Part shown: in pieces, positions 27,263 through 36,215 of the stretch | How the letters are laid out: each line of letters begins with the position of its first letter | How positions within the stretch are numbered: the stretch's first letter is position 1 | From: a virus | Taxonomy: Duplodnaviria > Caudoviricetes | Reading direction: 5' to 3' (one strand) | Virus record (IMG/VR): IMGVR_UViG_3300046171_000043 | Span: 1-53,696 of that record | DNA length: 53,696 nt | Made by a program: the position numbers and the translations under genes | Notes under the pieces: model-generated | Seen by the model: the letters and a program-made list of their open reading frames with translations, nothing else | Told to the model about the DNA's origin: nothing | Database searches by the model: none

Positions 27263-27959
27263 TGAATATCATACAGGAACTGTAACCAGAATAAGCCCAG
27301 AGGCACCTGTACCTGTCTTTGATCTTACCTCAACTGTAATAAAAAGAGGTATGGCATACAACGTCTACAACAACCTAGTCAATCTAGGGGCTAGGGTAGA
27401 CATCATAACAGAGTACAGAGAACGTAAACATAGATACGTTGAAGACAAGACTGGTCAGCAACTGATCAGAGTAGATGAAAAGATTAAGACTGAGCACATA
27501 GATACAGCAGACGAAAACCTGAGTATGTATGATGCTGTTGTCCTCTCAGACTACAACAAAGGATTTGTACAAGAGGGTGACATAAAAGATTTTAGAGCTA
27601 AGTATAACGGGCCTATCTTTGTTGACACTAAGAAGACCAACCTAGCTCAGTTTGATGGCTGCTTCGTAAAGATAAACCAGTACGAGTTTGAAGCAGCAGA
27701 AACACTAACAGACGATCTAATCGTCACATACGGCTCAAAGAAAGTCGAGTACAAAAACAGAACTTACCTACCCCCTAGTGTAGAAACTCATGATGTGTGT
27801 GGTGCAGGAGATACGTTCCTAGCAGGACTTGTTTTTAAGTACTTGGAATCGTATGATATGGATGCTGCTATAAAGTTTGCAATGGATGCAGCAGCTATAA
27901 CTGTACAACATAGAGGTGTGTATGCACCTACACTAGATGAGGTAGTAAATGAGACTTGA
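27204..27959 (+). CDS. hldA: Heptose-7-phosphate kinase (HldE domain I, PfkB family)
   Basis: GD...D.Y..G...RISPEAPVPV, SDYNKG, DVCGAGDTF. Confidence 0.88.
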   Translation: MGSLPQKQSKILLLGDSCYDEYHTGTVTRISPEAPVPVFDLTSTVIKRGMAYNVYNNLVNLGARVDIITEYRERKHRYVEDKTGQQLIRVDEKIKTEHIDTADENLSMYDAVVLSDYNKGFVQEGDIKDFRAKYNGPIFVDTKKTNLAQFDGCFVKINQYEFEAAETLTDDLIVTYGSKKVEYKNRTYLPPSVETHDVCGAGDTFLAGLVFKYLESYDMDAAIKFAMDAAAITVQHRGVYAPTLDEVVNET

Positions 27960-28305
27960 AGGCTTCGTTAAGAAAGGTTGGGGGTCTGAGCTAATCTGGG
28001 CAACCAACGACAAGTATTGTGGTAAGTTCTTACAATTTCACTTTGGTGGCAAGTTTTCAATGCACTTCCACAAAGAGAAAGATGAAACATGGTACGTCTT
28101 ATCTGGTAAGTTTGAAGTACACTGGATTGATACTGAAGATGCAACATTACACGTTGAAGAGTTAAACGAGGGAGACACATGGCATAACCCACCTCTAGTT
28201 CCTCATCAAATATTTTGTTTAGAGGAAGGTACACTTGTAGAAGTTTCTACTCCTGATTCCGTTGAAGATAATTATCGTGTCGGAAAGGGAGACAGTCAAG
28301 AATGA
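27949..28305 (+). CDS. Cupin, sugar-phosphate isomerase-like
   Basis: KGWG.E, SMHFH..K.ETW, P..PH, EVST. Confidence 0.75.
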   Translation: MRLEGFVKKGWGSELIWATNDKYCGKFLQFHFGGKFSMHFHKEKDETWYVLSGKFEVHWIDTEDATLHVEELNEGDTWHNPPLVPHQIFCLEEGTLVEVSTPDSVEDNYRVGKGDSQE

Positions 28306-29072
28306 AAATCTTAGTTACAGGTAGCAATGGTTTTATCGGCAAAAATCTTATCAATAAACTACAGGATGAACATGAAATTATTAAGAACGAATGGGGGATG
28401 TCGTTCCCTCCAATTAAGAATCTAGACTGGGTTATACATTTAGGGGCCATAAGCTCCACAACAGAAACAAATATATCTAAGATATACAGACAGAACCTAG
28501 AGTTTAGCATTAAGCTATATGAGGAGTGCATAGCTAACAACGTAAAGTTTCAGTTTGCTTCTAGTGCTTCTGTCTACGGACTAAAGTCCGACTTTAAAGA
28601 AACATCTCCTCTTAATCCTCAGAACCATTATGCACGTAGCAAAGCTATGTTTGAGAGATACGTAGAGTTGAGAAATGCTCCTATTACTACACAACTGTTT
28701 AGATACTTTAACGTCTACGGACCACAGGAAGAGCACAAGGAAAACCAAGCTAGTCCGTACACACAGTTTAAGCGGCAAGCAAAAAGTAGTAGAGTTATTA
28801 AGATCTTTAAAGGATCTGAAAAGTATAAAAGAGATTTTATCCACGTTGACCAAATCACAGAGTACCACAAAGGATTCTTAGAATTAGAAGAGTCAGGTGT
28901 TTGGAACATGGGAACTGGAACAGCAAAAAGCTTCTACGATGTAGCTAACGAAATAGCAGATGAATACGGTGCTAAAATAGAGTACATCGAGATGCCACAG
29001 ATTTTAAAAGGTAATTACCAAGAGTTTACTAGGGCAGATACGACAAAGCTTTGGAAGACACTAGCAATTTAA
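28302..29072 (+). CDS. hldD: ADP-glycero-manno-heptose 6-epimerase-like SDR
   Basis: TGSNGFIG, HLGAISSTT, ASSASVYG, YARSK, RYFNVYGP, RDFIHV, YQEFTRAD. Confidence 0.85.
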   Translation: MKILVTGSNGFIGKNLINKLQDEHEIIKNEWGMSFPPIKNLDWVIHLGAISSTTETNISKIYRQNLEFSIKLYEECIANNVKFQFASSASVYGLKSDFKETSPLNPQNHYARSKAMFERYVELRNAPITTQLFRYFNVYGPQEEHKENQASPYTQFKRQAKSSRVIKIFKGSEKYKRDFIHVDQITEYHKGFLELEESGVWNMGTGTAKSFYDVANEIADEYGAKIEYIEMPQILKGNYQEFTRADTTKLWKTLAI

Positions 29073-29084
29073 GGTGCTTATACT

Positions 29085-32000
29085 ATGGCAGGTGAACTAA
29101 CGATAATTGAGAATGCTGACGGTACAGCTACAATCAACTTCCCAGGTGGGGGTAAACATACTGTTGGCAACATCGATGGTGAAAACGATATTAACTCAAA
29201 TATTGCTGCCTTACAGGGAGCATATGGTGGACGTATTGGAGAAGTTCAACGTCTAGATACTGGGTCTTCTAGCTCTGGGTCTAATAATACTCAGGATTTA
29301 AGTACGACTCAGAGTAGTAACTACTTTGATACCGAAACAGGTTTGTACCACTATCAAGGTGAAACTTATAGTAGTGCTCTTGATTATTCTAAGGCAGTTC
29401 AACAAGAACGTTTAGACCAAGGTTTAGAAATTGATGAAACATCTGCTGCTGCTTTGTCAGGATGGACAGGAGAAGATGATCTAGAGCAAACAGGTGGTGG
29501 GTCTTCTGCATCTGTTGACATAGGATTTGAGTACGTTCCTGAAGAATTATCAAGCACTGCTGAAGCAGATGATATTGCAAGAAACAACAACAGAGTTCAC
29601 ATTATTAACAGAACTACAGGAGAGTACCTGTTAAATGAAGACGGAACAAAATGGGTAGGAAATGCAACTAATGCAGGTGGTTCTGTCCAAGTTCAAAAGT
29701 TTTACACTCAACAGTTAATTAACTCTGTCCTTGCAGATAGTGGAAGTACTGTCCTACAAGATGCTGAAATTACTTACTATATGGAAGACGGTAAGTGGAG
29801 AGCTAAAGATCAGTACGGAAACATTGGTGCAAAAAGAGATACTAAAGATGCTGCCCTAGCTACGTATAATAGACACTTTAACGTAGGTATGAAGACTGCT
29901 GAGACACCAGAACAAAAAGCTGCCCTTATGAATATTGCTCAAGAGCTTTCTTTGTTTGGTGGTATGTACAAAAGAAATTTAATTGGAATGGTAGCAGGAT
30001 CCATTGATCCTTACCTTTCTTCTGATTTTAGTGCAAAAAATAAATTTATTCAAACACTAGGGTTAGGAACAAGTGGTGGTACTGGAGATTGGGGAGCAGG
30101 TCAAACTCCTTTTTACATACACAGTAACCCTGATAATGAAATATCTTACAGAGAACACACAAATAAAAATGGGGATAAGTACTACTACTTAGACATTTAT
30201 AGTCCTGAGGGTGCTCGTGTTGGTACATTACATCAGAACTTTGCTTGGAATGCTGCAGACTATATCACAGGTAAAATGAGGTACGGCCTCAGTGATGAAA
30301 AGATGCAAGCTGCTTCTAATTTCTTGTTTGAAAACCAAGGAAACTATGGTGGTGGAACAAAAGATGGTGACAGACTAGCTGAGTTTGCAACCATGACTGG
30401 TGAAGAACTTAAAGCTGACTTTCTAGCAAGAGCAGGAACACAGTTTAGAGATTCTAGTGGAAATTTAGTTCAGCACGATCAGGACTATAGAGGTTTTTCC
30501 TATTCTCCAGAAATGTTTAGTCCCGGCTTTGAAGGTACAATGCAAAATCAGTTGACAAGCAGGGTTAACTACAACCTAGCTTTGTTTGATGTGTATGATG
30601 CCTTTAAACCAAAGCAGTATACTGCTGATTCTTACATTGCAGAGATAAACAACAGGCTTGGCCTTGATGGTAAGTTGTCTGTGAAGAATGTAGGGGATGA
30701 GGATGATCCTTTCTACAGCTATGTGTATCAATTTGACACAGGTGAAACATTAAAGGTTGCACCTAATAGGGATTTCATATTTGGAGCAGGGTCGGAAATA
30801 TTTAGATCAGGCTCTAGAACAAACACACCTTACTGGCTACTAGAAGAATCTGGTGGTGATTTCCAAACATACTCAGATCTAAAAGAACAGTATGGTATTC
30901 GTACAGATGGATTTGATCCTACTGTTTCTAGTGGTGGGGGTGACGGTCAAGATTCCTCAGGCACAGGTAGTAGTGGTAGTGGCAGTGGCTCTAGTGACCA
31001 AGATCAATCCCAAAGTGGGGGTGGAGGCTCTGGATCAGTTGATGCAGGTGGCTCTGGTGGTCAGATCATTGAAGGTGACGGAACTACAAAGACTGCTACT
31101 ACTTTCCAAGGTGGTTACACAGATCCAGTTGCTGTGGGTAACACAGGTACAACAACTGATGATGGATCAGGAACAACCCAGACAGGCACCGTTCAATCAG
31201 GTCAGTCTCTTACAAATGCTATCAATAACCCTGCTAACGTTTCTGTTGCAGGGACGTACCCAATGGCTCAACAGACTGGAACAAACCAAGCAACAACAAA
31301 CACAGGCACACTTAGTTCATTACCTGCTACATACCAGTACAAAGATAACTACACTGGTACAAACATGCAGAACTTAACTGCTGCTTCACAAGGTGTGAGT
31401 GGCCCTAAAAGTGTTCTATACAGAAACGATTACGGACAAGAGATGATGATTACCGTTGACGCAAACGGAACACCTCTTATCTACGTTCCTCCTGGGTATA
31501 AACCTGTAACAGCAAACAATTTCGGGGGTCTTCAAAAGGATCCACAAAAATCAAGTGAGGACATCTATCTAAGAATTGCTAAGAGGGTAATGAACTTCCA
31601 AGGCAATTCCTCTGATCTGAAGAAAGCAATGGCAGCAAGTCCTGCTATGGCTGCTAAACTAGGTAGTATGACTAATGCCCTTATGAACATGGGTGGAGTC
31701 AAACTTGGTGCTGATGAAGGTACTGATTCTGATGGTATGACTGCAGAAGAAATAGCAGCAGCCAACGTAGACAACATCAGAAATGCTGTTGGAGCAGAAA
31801 CATTCCAGAACATGCAGAAGGATGTTGTCACACAGACGATGACTGGTCCTAGACAAGGCACCGTAAACTATCTGACTGCTGATGAAAACGATCTTATTAG
31901 TTCTACTGCAGGTCAAGCTGTAAGTCAGGCAGAAATGGCTAACGTAGCCACAGCAGATAAGGTTACTCAGGCTAATACTCCTATCTCTGCTGACCCTGTT

Positions 32001-33494
32001 GGGTATAATGCAACCCAAGTTCAAACAGATATGTCAACAGCAAACCAGAACCTAACAGGTGTAACTGGTAATCTTGGCACTCAATCTCAGGTTGATGGTG
32101 TTACCTTCCAAAGACAGAGAATTGATCCTAATACAGGGCAACCTATGTTCAATCCAGACGGATCTCCTATTATGGAATCAGCAACGTCTGTTGATAGATT
32201 ACAGGGTGCCGAAGGAACATATAAGTCGGTAGCTGATGTAGCAGGAGAAGGTGGGTTACCTACTCGTACATTGCAGACAGGTGAGAACGGAGAGCTTGTA
32301 ACTGGTACTGGTGTAGATCAATCTAAAGTAGATGCAGCATTCGGTACAGGTGAAGTAGCTGCTGCCTCTATGCAAGATGAACTAGCAGGTCTTATGCAGC
32401 AGTTTGAAGGTGGTGACACACCTGCATGGGCTGCCGGGTCTATGAGAAAAGCAAGTGCTATGCTTGCTGCTCGTGGCATTGGTGCTTCAAGTATGGCAGG
32501 TCAGGCAGTCATTCAAGCTGCTATGGAAGCTGCCCTACCTATTGCTCAGATTGATACAGCCAACAAGCAACAGATGGCTATGTTCAAAGCTGAACAAAGA
32601 GCCAAGTTCTTGGGTATGGAGTTTGATCAATCATTCCAAGCTAAGGTTCTGAATGCAGCTAAAGTTTCTGAAATAGCTAACATGAACTTTACTGCTGAAC
32701 AGCAGATTGCTTTAGAAAACTCTCGTGCTGCCAACACAATGGCTATGGAGAACCTGAGAAACGATCAAGCTCTTGTAATGGCAGAGGCTGCTGCTCTATC
32801 TCAAATGGATATGGCTAACCTCAATAACCGTCAGCAAGCTGCAGTACAGAATGCTCAGAACTTCCTGCAGATGGACATGGCTAACCTAAACAACTTGCAA
32901 CAAACTGCTATGTTTAAAGCACAGCAAATAGCACAAGCTATCTTTACTGATCAGGCTGCAGACAATGCAGCTAAACAGTTTAATGCTGTCAACGAAAACC
33001 AAACAAACCAGTTCTTTGCAAACTTGTCTGCTCAAGTATCTCAGTTCAATGCATCTCAAGCTAATGCTATGGATCAGTTCAACCTGAACTCAACCAATGC
33101 TTTGAGGCAGTTTAATGCAGAGCAACAGAACCAAAGAGAAATGTTCAATGCTCAGAATGGTCTTGTGATTGCACAGTCTAATGCTCAGTGGAGACAGAAC
33201 ATTGCTACTTTGAATAGTGCTGCACAGAACGAAAGCAACATGCAGTTTGCTCAGACTATGAATGGGTTCACTGCTACTAACCTTGATGAAATATGGCAAC
33301 GTGAAAGAGATCTGTTGTCTATGGCTTTCAAAGTTTCTGAAGGCAATGCTGATAGAGCTACTGAAGTTGTGTTACAAAAGATTGCTGCACAAGCAAGTAA
33401 AGATGCTGCAGAACTTCAAGCTAACTTAGAGGCTGAGAAGAACTCAGGTAACTTCATCAAAGAGATTATATTGGGAATTACAGGTCTAGGATAA
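29085..33494 (+). CDS. Large internal virion/ejection protein
   Basis: 1469 aa; Q/A/N-rich helical C-terminal repeats (QFNA), ARG.GASSMAG motif. Confidence 0.7.
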   Translation: MAGELTIIENADGTATINFPGGGKHTVGNIDGENDINSNIAALQGAYGGRIGEVQRLDTGSSSSGSNNTQDLSTTQSSNYFDTETGLYHYQGETYSSALDYSKAVQQERLDQGLEIDETSAAALSGWTGEDDLEQTGGGSSASVDIGFEYVPEELSSTAEADDIARNNNRVHIINRTTGEYLLNEDGTKWVGNATNAGGSVQVQKFYTQQLINSVLADSGSTVLQDAEITYYMEDGKWRAKDQYGNIGAKRDTKDAALATYNRHFNVGMKTAETPEQKAALMNIAQELSLFGGMYKRNLIGMVAGSIDPYLSSDFSAKNKFIQTLGLGTSGGTGDWGAGQTPFYIHSNPDNEISYREHTNKNGDKYYYLDIYSPEGARVGTLHQNFAWNAADYITGKMRYGLSDEKMQAASNFLFENQGNYGGGTKDGDRLAEFATMTGEELKADFLARAGTQFRDSSGNLVQHDQDYRGFSYSPEMFSPGFEGTMQNQLTSRVNYNLALFDVYDAFKPKQYTADSYIAEINNRLGLDGKLSVKNVGDEDDPFYSYVYQFDTGETLKVAPNRDFIFGAGSEIFRSGSRTNTPYWLLEESGGDFQTYSDLKEQYGIRTDGFDPTVSSGGGDGQDSSGTGSSGSGSGSSDQDQSQSGGGGSGSVDAGGSGGQIIEGDGTTKTATTFQGGYTDPVAVGNTGTTTDDGSGTTQTGTVQSGQSLTNAINNPANVSVAGTYPMAQQTGTNQATTNTGTLSSLPATYQYKDNYTGTNMQNLTAASQGVSGPKSVLYRNDYGQEMMITVDANGTPLIYVPPGYKPVTANNFGGLQKDPQKSSEDIYLRIAKRVMNFQGNSSDLKKAMAASPAMAAKLGSMTNALMNMGGVKLGADEGTDSDGMTAEEIAAANVDNIRNAVGAETFQNMQKDVVTQTMTGPRQGTVNYLTADENDLISSTAGQAVSQAEMANVATADKVTQANTPISADPVGYNATQVQTDMSTANQNLTGVTGNLGTQSQVDGVTFQRQRIDPNTGQPMFNPDGSPIMESATSVDRLQGAEGTYKSVADVAGEGGLPTRTLQTGENGELVTGTGVDQSKVDAAFGTGEVAAASMQDELAGLMQQFEGGDTPAWAAGSMRKASAMLAARGIGASSMAGQAVIQAAMEAALPIAQIDTANKQQMAMFKAEQRAKFLGMEFDQSFQAKVLNAAKVSEIANMNFTAEQQIALENSRAANTMAMENLRNDQALVMAEAAALSQMDMANLNNRQQAAVQNAQNFLQMDMANLNNLQQTAMFKAQQIAQAIFTDQAADNAAKQFNAVNENQTNQFFANLSAQVSQFNASQANAMDQFNLNSTNALRQFNAEQQNQREMFNAQNGLVIAQSNAQWRQNIATLNSAAQNESNMQFAQTMNGFTATNLDEIWQRERDLLSMAFKVSEGNADRATEVVLQKIAAQASKDAAELQANLEAEKNSGNFIKEIILGITGLG

Positions 33495-34417
33495 TGAGTA
33501 CTATTGATACAAAACAAAGACGAAGACTTGAGAAAAGACTTAGCTCAATTGCTGAAGCTATCCTTGGAGAACCTTCACAAACTTCAAGAAGTAAAGACAG
33601 TCTTGTAACTGCACGTTCTAAAGCTGCCAGTTTACAAAGAGGAATGGACGATGCTGCATACGGTGTAAAACGTATGTATGCTGAAGACAGAAAGTCTGAT
33701 GCAGAGTCTAGTGAAGAGGCTAACGAGAAAGCTATAGCTAGTGTAGCTAACTTCATTGCAGGTATCAGAGAAATGCCTGAGGACAGTGAAACACCTAGCC
33801 TTGACTGGTACAATGCACAAGACATTGACTCAGACGATCCTTATGATCCTGATGCTTCTAGACCAAACCTAAGTACATCTGATGCACAGAAAGAAAGAAA
33901 TGTTTCTAGTGACCAGAACAGGGCTGCAGGGGAAGGGCTACCATCCTTTATCATGCAAGGCTCTGCTTTCAGAGAGGCTATCTCTGGTACTGAAGCAGAC
34001 TCATACGACTCGATGTTTGGTAATGCTGAAAGAGTTGATGGTAAGTTCCTTGGTACAGAACTGACTGCTATGCCAATGTCTGCTGTCTTTGACCTTGTTG
34101 AACTTAATGGTGACTTCCACAAAAGAAACTTAGAGCTAGGGCATGACACTACTGCTGTAGGTAAGTATCAGTTTGTAGGTAATACACTTCGTGACCTAAG
34201 AGATAGAGGTATCTTAGAAGAACTTGGTATTGGTGACGACACAATCTTTGATGAAGAAACACAGGATAAGATTGCTGTACACCTAGCTAGACGTAGAGTC
34301 AAACCAGAGTACTCTATGGCAAGAGCTAGAGAAGAGTTGGTCAACGAGTGGGAAGGTTTCGGAAAGCTACCTAAGAAAGCTCTAAATGAGATCATTAACG
34401 AAATTAGAGGTGCTTAA
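33494..34417 (+). CDS. Virion-associated lysozyme-like muramidase/transglycosylase
   Basis: I.GTE..Y..MFG, AVGKYQF...TL, F...QD..A, EW motifs of lambda-like lysozymes. Confidence 0.7.
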   Translation: MSTIDTKQRRRLEKRLSSIAEAILGEPSQTSRSKDSLVTARSKAASLQRGMDDAAYGVKRMYAEDRKSDAESSEEANEKAIASVANFIAGIREMPEDSETPSLDWYNAQDIDSDDPYDPDASRPNLSTSDAQKERNVSSDQNRAAGEGLPSFIMQGSAFREAISGTEADSYDSMFGNAERVDGKFLGTELTAMPMSAVFDLVELNGDFHKRNLELGHDTTAVGKYQFVGNTLRDLRDRGILEELGIGDDTIFDEETQDKIAVHLARRRVKPEYSMARAREELVNEWEGFGKLPKKALNEIINEIRGA

Positions 34418-34419
34418 TT

Positions 34420-34956
34420 ATGCCAGTTGCTGCTCCAATCCCAGGGCAATCTTTGACAGATGAACCTAAGAACTATGCTTGGGAACGTCCTCCTCAGATT
34501 GTTGATTTTAACGAGGCTACTAAGTACCACATTGATAGACTTGCTGACGTAGAAGTTATGGACAATGTTCTGTTTGCCTTGGAATACGGCATTCCTTCTG
34601 GTGTTCTTGTTGAGTCTATGATGACTGGTGCTGTAGCAAAAGGTATTCACAGCATTGACGTAGGCTTGATTGTCTCTCCTGTTGTTCATGAGTTTATTAA
34701 AAGTATTGCTGACGAAGCAGGTATTAACTACAAACAAGAGTTTGAACAGGACGAAGTAGACCCAATAGAAAGGGCTGCTGTTCTTATTCGTAAGTCACTC
34801 AAGGCAACACCTGACAAGCAAAGAGATGCAGGGTACGACATGCTTGAGGAGATGGCTGAAGATATAGAAGGTGCTTCTGACGATATGCCAGAGGCTAAAG
34901 AAGAAGCTATGCCACAAGAAGAACCTGCTTCAACAGGCTTGATGTCGAGGATGTAA
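34420..34956 (+). CDS. Hypothetical internal virion protein
   Basis: PIPGQSLT..P...WERPP; C-terminal GLMSR. Confidence 0.7.
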   Translation: MPVAAPIPGQSLTDEPKNYAWERPPQIVDFNEATKYHIDRLADVEVMDNVLFALEYGIPSGVLVESMMTGAVAKGIHSIDVGLIVSPVVHEFIKSIADEAGINYKQEFEQDEVDPIERAAVLIRKSLKATPDKQRDAGYDMLEEMAEDIEGASDDMPEAKEEAMPQEEPASTGLMSRM

Positions 34957-34959
34957 TAA

Positions 34960-36213
34960 ATGAAACTAGATCTAGGTAGAGTCCTAAGCCATACTGCAGG
35001 TGGTCTTGCAGAGGATATGCAAAACAACAGAGAGTATGTCCGTAGTACAAAAGACAGACTAAAGGCAGACTTGTTTGCACAAGGGCAAGAACGTAGGAAT
35101 GCTCAAAAGAAAGCAAGAAAGAGTATGGAGTATGCCGTAGACTTTCTTTCTAACGAGGGATTGGACAACGAAAAGCTTTTGTATCTGTTGTCTGAAGATC
35201 CGAAAGAGCTAATGAGACTAGCTAAAATGGCAGAGGAAAGAAAGCTTGATGGGTCTTTGAATGCACAGGCATTGAATTCTGCTGTTGAACTAGCACAAAA
35301 CTTTGAAGCTCCTGACATGACACCATCAGAGTTAATCAAGAGAGCTACCCCAGACTTTGTTGAAGGTGCTGAGATACCTGCAGCAGAAGACAATCGTAAC
35401 ATGCTTCAACGTTTGTTCCAACGTCCGGGCATGGATGTTATTGCAGGAGATGTTTACTCGAGTGAAATCTTACCAGGTGTTTCTGGTGCAGACATTGCAG
35501 CTAGTATGCAAGCTGATGCATACCAAGCTAAAGAAGGTCAGAGATCAGGCAACGTTGATTACAGTTCACTGCAGCCTGTTGATGATAGGCTAATTCTAGA
35601 TCGTCAAACAAGATTAATTGACGAATATGAGAGTTTACTTGAAGCAGAGTTGGCAGAGTTAATTGCATTACCTGCAGACCAAAGGCAAGCAAACCAACCA
35701 AGGATTGACGAGTTAAAAAAGGCAGGTAAACTAAGAAGTGATAAAGCAAAACTAGAAGAGATGATTAGATTGGTTGGCCCTGAACGTGCTATTGATTTAT
35801 ATAATGCACGTCCTGAAGTTTTCAACAATCAGCCTGACTTTATATCTAGTGAAACCATTGAAACCTATTTAATTCCAAGTGATGAAGAACTTCCTGGCAA
35901 TGGTGATGGTAATGGTAACGGAGATGGTGAGGGTAATGGTGAAGGTAATGGTAACGGAGATGGTGAGGGTGATCAGCCTGAGACACCTGAAGTAGAGTTC
36001 TCAATCGTTACTGTTGAAGAGGGTGAAGACCCTAAAAGGGCAGCACAAGATTGGTTTAAAAATAACACACCAAGACCAGATGTAGCCTCTGATAAGATGG
36101 TAGCTATCCAGACACCAGATGGAATCAAATACTACAAGTATGTCAACAAAAAAGGTTTCGGCAGGGGTGTAACGGTAGTGGTTGAAGAAGTGCAACTTTC
36201 ATCTGAGGAATAA
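34960..36213 (+). CDS. Hypothetical internal virion protein with G(N/D/E) repeat linker
   Basis: ORF track; 27-bp duplication at 35908-35934 and 35944-35970. Confidence 0.7.
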   Translation: MKLDLGRVLSHTAGGLAEDMQNNREYVRSTKDRLKADLFAQGQERRNAQKKARKSMEYAVDFLSNEGLDNEKLLYLLSEDPKELMRLAKMAEERKLDGSLNAQALNSAVELAQNFEAPDMTPSELIKRATPDFVEGAEIPAAEDNRNMLQRLFQRPGMDVIAGDVYSSEILPGVSGADIAASMQADAYQAKEGQRSGNVDYSSLQPVDDRLILDRQTRLIDEYESLLEAELAELIALPADQRQANQPRIDELKKAGKLRSDKAKLEEMIRLVGPERAIDLYNARPEVFNNQPDFISSETIETYLIPSDEELPGNGDGNGNGDGEGNGEGNGNGDGEGDQPETPEVEFSIVTVEEGEDPKRAAQDWFKNNTPRPDVASDKMVAIQTPDGIKYYKYVNKKGFGRGVTVVVEEVQLSSEE

Positions 36214-36215
36214 TA

